A stretch of 64,000 bases of DNA from Macrostomum lignano (lineage: Eukaryota): NCBI GenBank assembly GCA_002269645.1, contig NIVC01000080.1:62001-126000 (forward strand), read 5' to 3'. Position numbers and translations under genes: made by a program. Every line of letters starts with the position of its first letter. Position 1 is the first letter of the stretch. Below are positions 59,913 to 64,000 of this stretch, one piece after another. The notes under the pieces are model-generated. The model was not told the origin of the DNA, searched no databases, and saw nothing but the letters and a program-made list of their open reading frames with translations.

Positions 59913-61389
59913 TAAAAAACACAGGCATTGCATTGGGACTTACAAAAAAGACAATATAAAATCAGAAGCAAGAATTAGGCAGCACAGAAGTTTTATATAG
60001 CGATTACATCTTTATCGCTATCGTTATCGATAAATGTAACGATAGCAATAATGACTGCTTTAGTTTTTGCTTGACTTTTGCTCCTGACGAATGTTCCACC
60101 AGGCACCCCCGAAACCTACCCTGGGTAAGCGCTTCTCTTTTGCCTTGCGATCTCTATACTAGCCATGACATCCCTGTTCAACAAGCAGACTATATTATTC
60201 TATTTTTATTCATTCAGTCTTGGGAGCGCATCGAGCGGTTTTACTAACCGACATGATGAGGCCTACATGTCCACGGTTGAGATTTGAAGGGAAAATGCAG
60301 GGACTAAAGTGGAGATAAGAGCTCTTAGTGTGCAATTGGCCAGATTTACATGCGAGAAAGTGGGATAAGTTTGATTCTTGAACTGAACAATAGATGCAAA
60401 GCTATTCGATGTATGCAAAACTCATTTTCATTTAATCCTGTATATTTAATTATTCTTGTACTAAGTCTACGTTCAGTCAGTATCTGTCAGTATCTGGCAA
60501 TGTTTGAATTTCCTGGCATTCTGCAAAGCTGATTACGTCGTATCTCCCGTCAGCATATTCCTATCTGTGAGAAGCTTTTAGCACCTAATTTTCACCTGGG
60601 TAACACCAATAACAATTAATTTTGTCCCCGCCTGCAAATCTTGCAACCAATTTGCGGGGCAGTCCAACTTAACGGTTATTTCTGTCTGCGACAACTCAAT
60701 TCTTTCGGCTATTATGGTTAATTATCACCTTTTGAATAAAATCGACCAGTAATCGTGCCCATATGTCAGCTCACAGATTTTGCACCTGTGAATTTACCCG
60801 AATTACAATAGAGTTGCTTGCTAATAAGCAGCTAAACAAAGTGCAAGGTGCTGCTTGCCATAAATCTTGGCTGAATTGACAAGCTCAAATGAAATATTCA
60901 TCGCAGGACTGGACGCTACCAGTTCTCAGCTGCATTTATTTTGCTTATTAAGGCTTTGCGTGACGCTCTTTAGCAGTAAAATCTTTAGCTTGCTGAGGGC
61001 TTCGCCTTTCACTCCTCTGATGGTGACGCAGAGACGCTGGATAGGGGATTTTTGCGATGAAAAGTGGGATAGTAAAATTAACATGGACAGTGAACTGCGA
61101 AAGCTATCTAGATATCTACCCGCCCATGATGAGACCTTTGGGATGAGCAAGAGATGGGATCGAATCCCCATCACCTGCAATATCGCGTGTCTATTAATAT
61201 TCCTTAGGGAGTCAGTCGGGAGCCGCGCTCTGACAGCCGACGGGACTGGCCAAGGACCTCGGAAAATCTGGACTGGAAGCTGGAATAAAATCCAATGATT
61301 TGAGCCGATTTTAAGTAAGGGGACTTCTTTTACTTTTCTCAAAGATGTTCATGCCTTTGGCTTTAATCAACTGCCCCAGTGCCTATTCA

Positions 61390-61866
61390 GCGTCACAACG
61401 TCGCAAGACACAAACTTTCATAAGCTCTAAATTTCATAAACCCTTATTTTCACAACGTCGAAAAGTTGTGCACAGTATTTCATATGGACTAAATTTCACA
61501 ACGTCGAAAACAAAACTTGTATCAGACTGCATAAACTATAAATTTCACAAGCCCTAAATTTCACAAGCCCTAAATTTCACAAGCCCTAAATTTCACAACG
61601 CCTAAAAACACTATGGAGATACAGAAGGATTGTAGAAGAAAGATTGTATGCCCATGGTGTTTTTAGGCGTTGTGAAATTTAGGGCTTGTGAAATTCTGTG
61701 CATGTCTTTAAGGTGTTTTGAAATTTAGGGCTTGTGAAATTTAGGTGTTGTGAAGTCTGCTGCATTGCTTATTGTCGACGTTGTGAAAATTGGGGTTCAT
61801 GAAATACAGGTCTTATGAAAGGTTCTGCTTTCGACGTTGTGAAAAGTAGGGATTGTGAAACGACCC
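61390..61866. mobile_element. Foldback-like element: inverted arms built from TAAATTTCACAAGCCC / TTCACAACGTCGAAA sub-repeats around a short spacer
   Basis: Left-arm AAATTTCACAAGCCCTAAATTTCACAACGCCTAAAAACAC is mirrored by GTGTTTTTAGGCGTTGTGAAATTTAGGGCTTGTGAAATT at about 61657-61695. CACAACGTCG is mirrored by CGACGTTGTG further out. Confidence 0.7.
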
Positions 61867-62517
61867 TCTCCCTGCTTGAATCATTTTTGGTCTAATTGAG
61901 TGATTTTCAGATTTTCATCAAAAACATACATTTGGTTGGGTATTCTCTGAGGAACAACTGTTCACAGCTTTCTGCTGTCCTTGTCGCGAAAGACTACAAA
62001 AAGTCCGTATACTTTAGGGCGAAATGCCCTATTTTGCAGGTTCAGTCATATGCACCTAGTCGGTTCCGTAATTTATTTTAATCGCATCCCAGGACCGCAG
62101 GAATTCTCTCTGCGTCATGTTGATGTCACTTTGAATAAGCCGTCAAATCGTTCAACAATCTTAGCATTTCTTTCAAGTGAAAAAGAAAACATGGGACAAT
62201 CGGGAACAGATAGATAGGGAGAAAAATGTCATGATCATTGCGCTTGAAAAGAAAAACAGCTGTTCTCCAGTTTGCTCTCCGCATCGGGTTTGGTCAGTGC
62301 AGTTAATTGATTGACTTTTTTTAGCTGGGATCGCTTTTTATTCAAGTGTGAGCCATGGATCCTGAATTATGTGAGAGGGGTGTTTCAACAGTAACGAGAA
62401 TTTTGGCATAACTTTTGAATGGGTGAGCTTATCAACTGAAAATTCAGTTTTAACTTTATGAGCCTGTATGCATCAGTGATATCTGACAGGAAAATCGAAT
62501 GATTTTTCAAAAGTACA

Positions 62518-63304
62518 TTGTTTCCCATTTGACACGAGTGTTTCCCATTTGACACGAGTGTTTCCCATTTGACACGAGTGTTTCCCATTTGACACGAGTG
62601 TTTCCCATTTGACACGAGTGTTTCCCATTTGACACGAGTGTTTCCCGTTTGACACGAGTGTTTCCCATTTGACACGAGTGTTTCCCATTTGACACGAGTG
62701 TTTCCCATTTGACACGAGTGTTTCCCGTTTGACACGAGTGTTTCCCATTTGACACGAGTGTTTCCCATTTGACACGAGTGTTTCCCATTTGACACGAGTG
62801 CTTCCCATTTGACACGAGTGTTTCCCATTTGACACGAGTGTTTCCCATTTGACACGAGTGTTTCCCATTTGACACGAGTGTTTCCCATTTGACACGAGTG
62901 TTTCCCATTTGACACGAGTGTTTCCCATTTGACACGAGTGTTTCCCATTTGACACGAGTGTTTCCTCTTTGACAGGAGTGATTCCCATTTGACTCGAGTG
63001 TTTCCCATTTGACAGAAGTGTTTCCCATTTGACAGAAGTATTTCTCATTTGACAGAAGTATTTTCCATTTGACGGAAGTGTTTCCCATTTGACAGGAGTG
63101 TTTCCCATCTGACAGGGGTGTTTCCTATTTGACATGAGTGTTTCCCATTTGACAGAAGTGTTTCCTATTTGACAGAAGTATTTCCCATTTGACAGGAGTG
63201 TTTCCCATCTGACAGGAGTGTTTCCTATTTGACATGAGTGTTTCCCATTTGTTACAAGTGTTTCCCATTTGACATGAGTGTTTCCCATTTGGCAGGAGTG
63301 TTTG
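62518..63304. repeat. 20-bp satellite (TTTCCCATTTGACACGAGTG)n, about 39 copies
   Basis: Near-perfect units to about 62960, more diverged units beyond. Confidence 0.97.
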
Positions 63305-64000
63305 ACAATGACTACGAGGCTATCTTAGCATGATTGTACGCTCGTAGCTTAATCAAAGCAAGTCCTAAAAAACTCCTTTGAGTTCAGGTAAACATTAAAA
63401 AAAGCCAACACAATGATTAACCAAATCAGGTATTGAATGTGGAAATTATAACTAAACTATGAAAGAAATGATTGCTCGCAAAATGAGAACTGCGCATTAG
63501 TAAGCACGAACACTGAAAGGTAAGCGAGTCAGTATATATTTAGTATATTTAGATATAGTAGGATTATTATTCTCGGGGAAAACTGAAGAAAAGCATTCAT
63601 GTTTTTACAAAGCTAAAATTGAACAAAAATCGTCGCAGAACGTAGCCAGAAATAATAAAATATCAAAGCAGCTATTTCATAAAAAGTTATTACATTGCAA
63701 TACTACCGTATCAATAAAGAAAAATTTAAGCAAATGTAAAGACAGATAAGGAAATAATTTTCACTCATTGAGAAAATTAATTATTACATTCACCGATATG
63801 TGCAGCAAAATACAAAGAGAAAGTGGAATAAATTCGAGAATAATCTATACTTTCCCTACTTACTTAAGTAGGCATAGTCGAACGTGTGCAAGAAATAATA
63901 ACAAATAAATTCTTATGTATGCGGCCATGCGAACCAGAGGGAGAGGTCAATCTGCACCTGGACCACATCAGCAGCTGGAGACAGCGTATTATTTAACAGC

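Noticed and set aside
60867-61342. Overlapping 143-aa (+) and 138-aa (-) ORFs
   Set aside because: Neither shows a motif or clear codon bias, so I cannot choose a strand.
62385-63288. 207/271/193-aa ORFs with 20-aa repeats
   Set aside because: All three minus frames give the same peptide because of the 20-bp satellite.
49466-63304. Regularly spaced repeats resembling CRISPR arrays
   Set aside because: There are no unique spacers between units and no cas genes, and the context is eukaryotic.

Overview
Eukaryotic (animal) genomic DNA with spliceosomal introns, GC-rich exons in an AT-rich background and many tandem repeats. A noggin-like gene with the C5-C6 insertion, plus the overall style, suggests a flatworm such as Macrostomum; this is an inference only. 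I reconstructed the host genes by hand from splice sites and frame phases. They are a 5'-partial OATP/SLCO transporter, a small secreted SUEL-domain protein, a 90-aa secreted 10-Cys prepropeptide I cannot assign to a family, an unassigned multi-exon minus-strand gene, a ZCCHC7/Air1-like zinc-knuckle gene, an intronless MARCH-type RING-CH E3 ligase, and a noggin-like gene split by a 1-bp homopolymer frameshift. Mobile DNA includes a seven-exon Helitron (STPR repeats + OTU + Zn finger + Rep + start of PIF1 helicase) that is 3'-truncated and has one GG splice donor. There is also a decayed Tc1/mariner, a CORE-SINE fragment, a MITE with an 8-bp TSD, a foldback element, and a possible Crypton-like remnant containing a perfect 36-bp hairpin. 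Most long ORFs in the supplied track at 29-31 kb, 49-50 kb, 55 kb, 57-60 kb and 62-63 kb are artefacts of simple repeats or minisatellites. No rRNA, intact tRNA or CRISPR array is supported. All family calls come from motif recognition by eye, with no database search.
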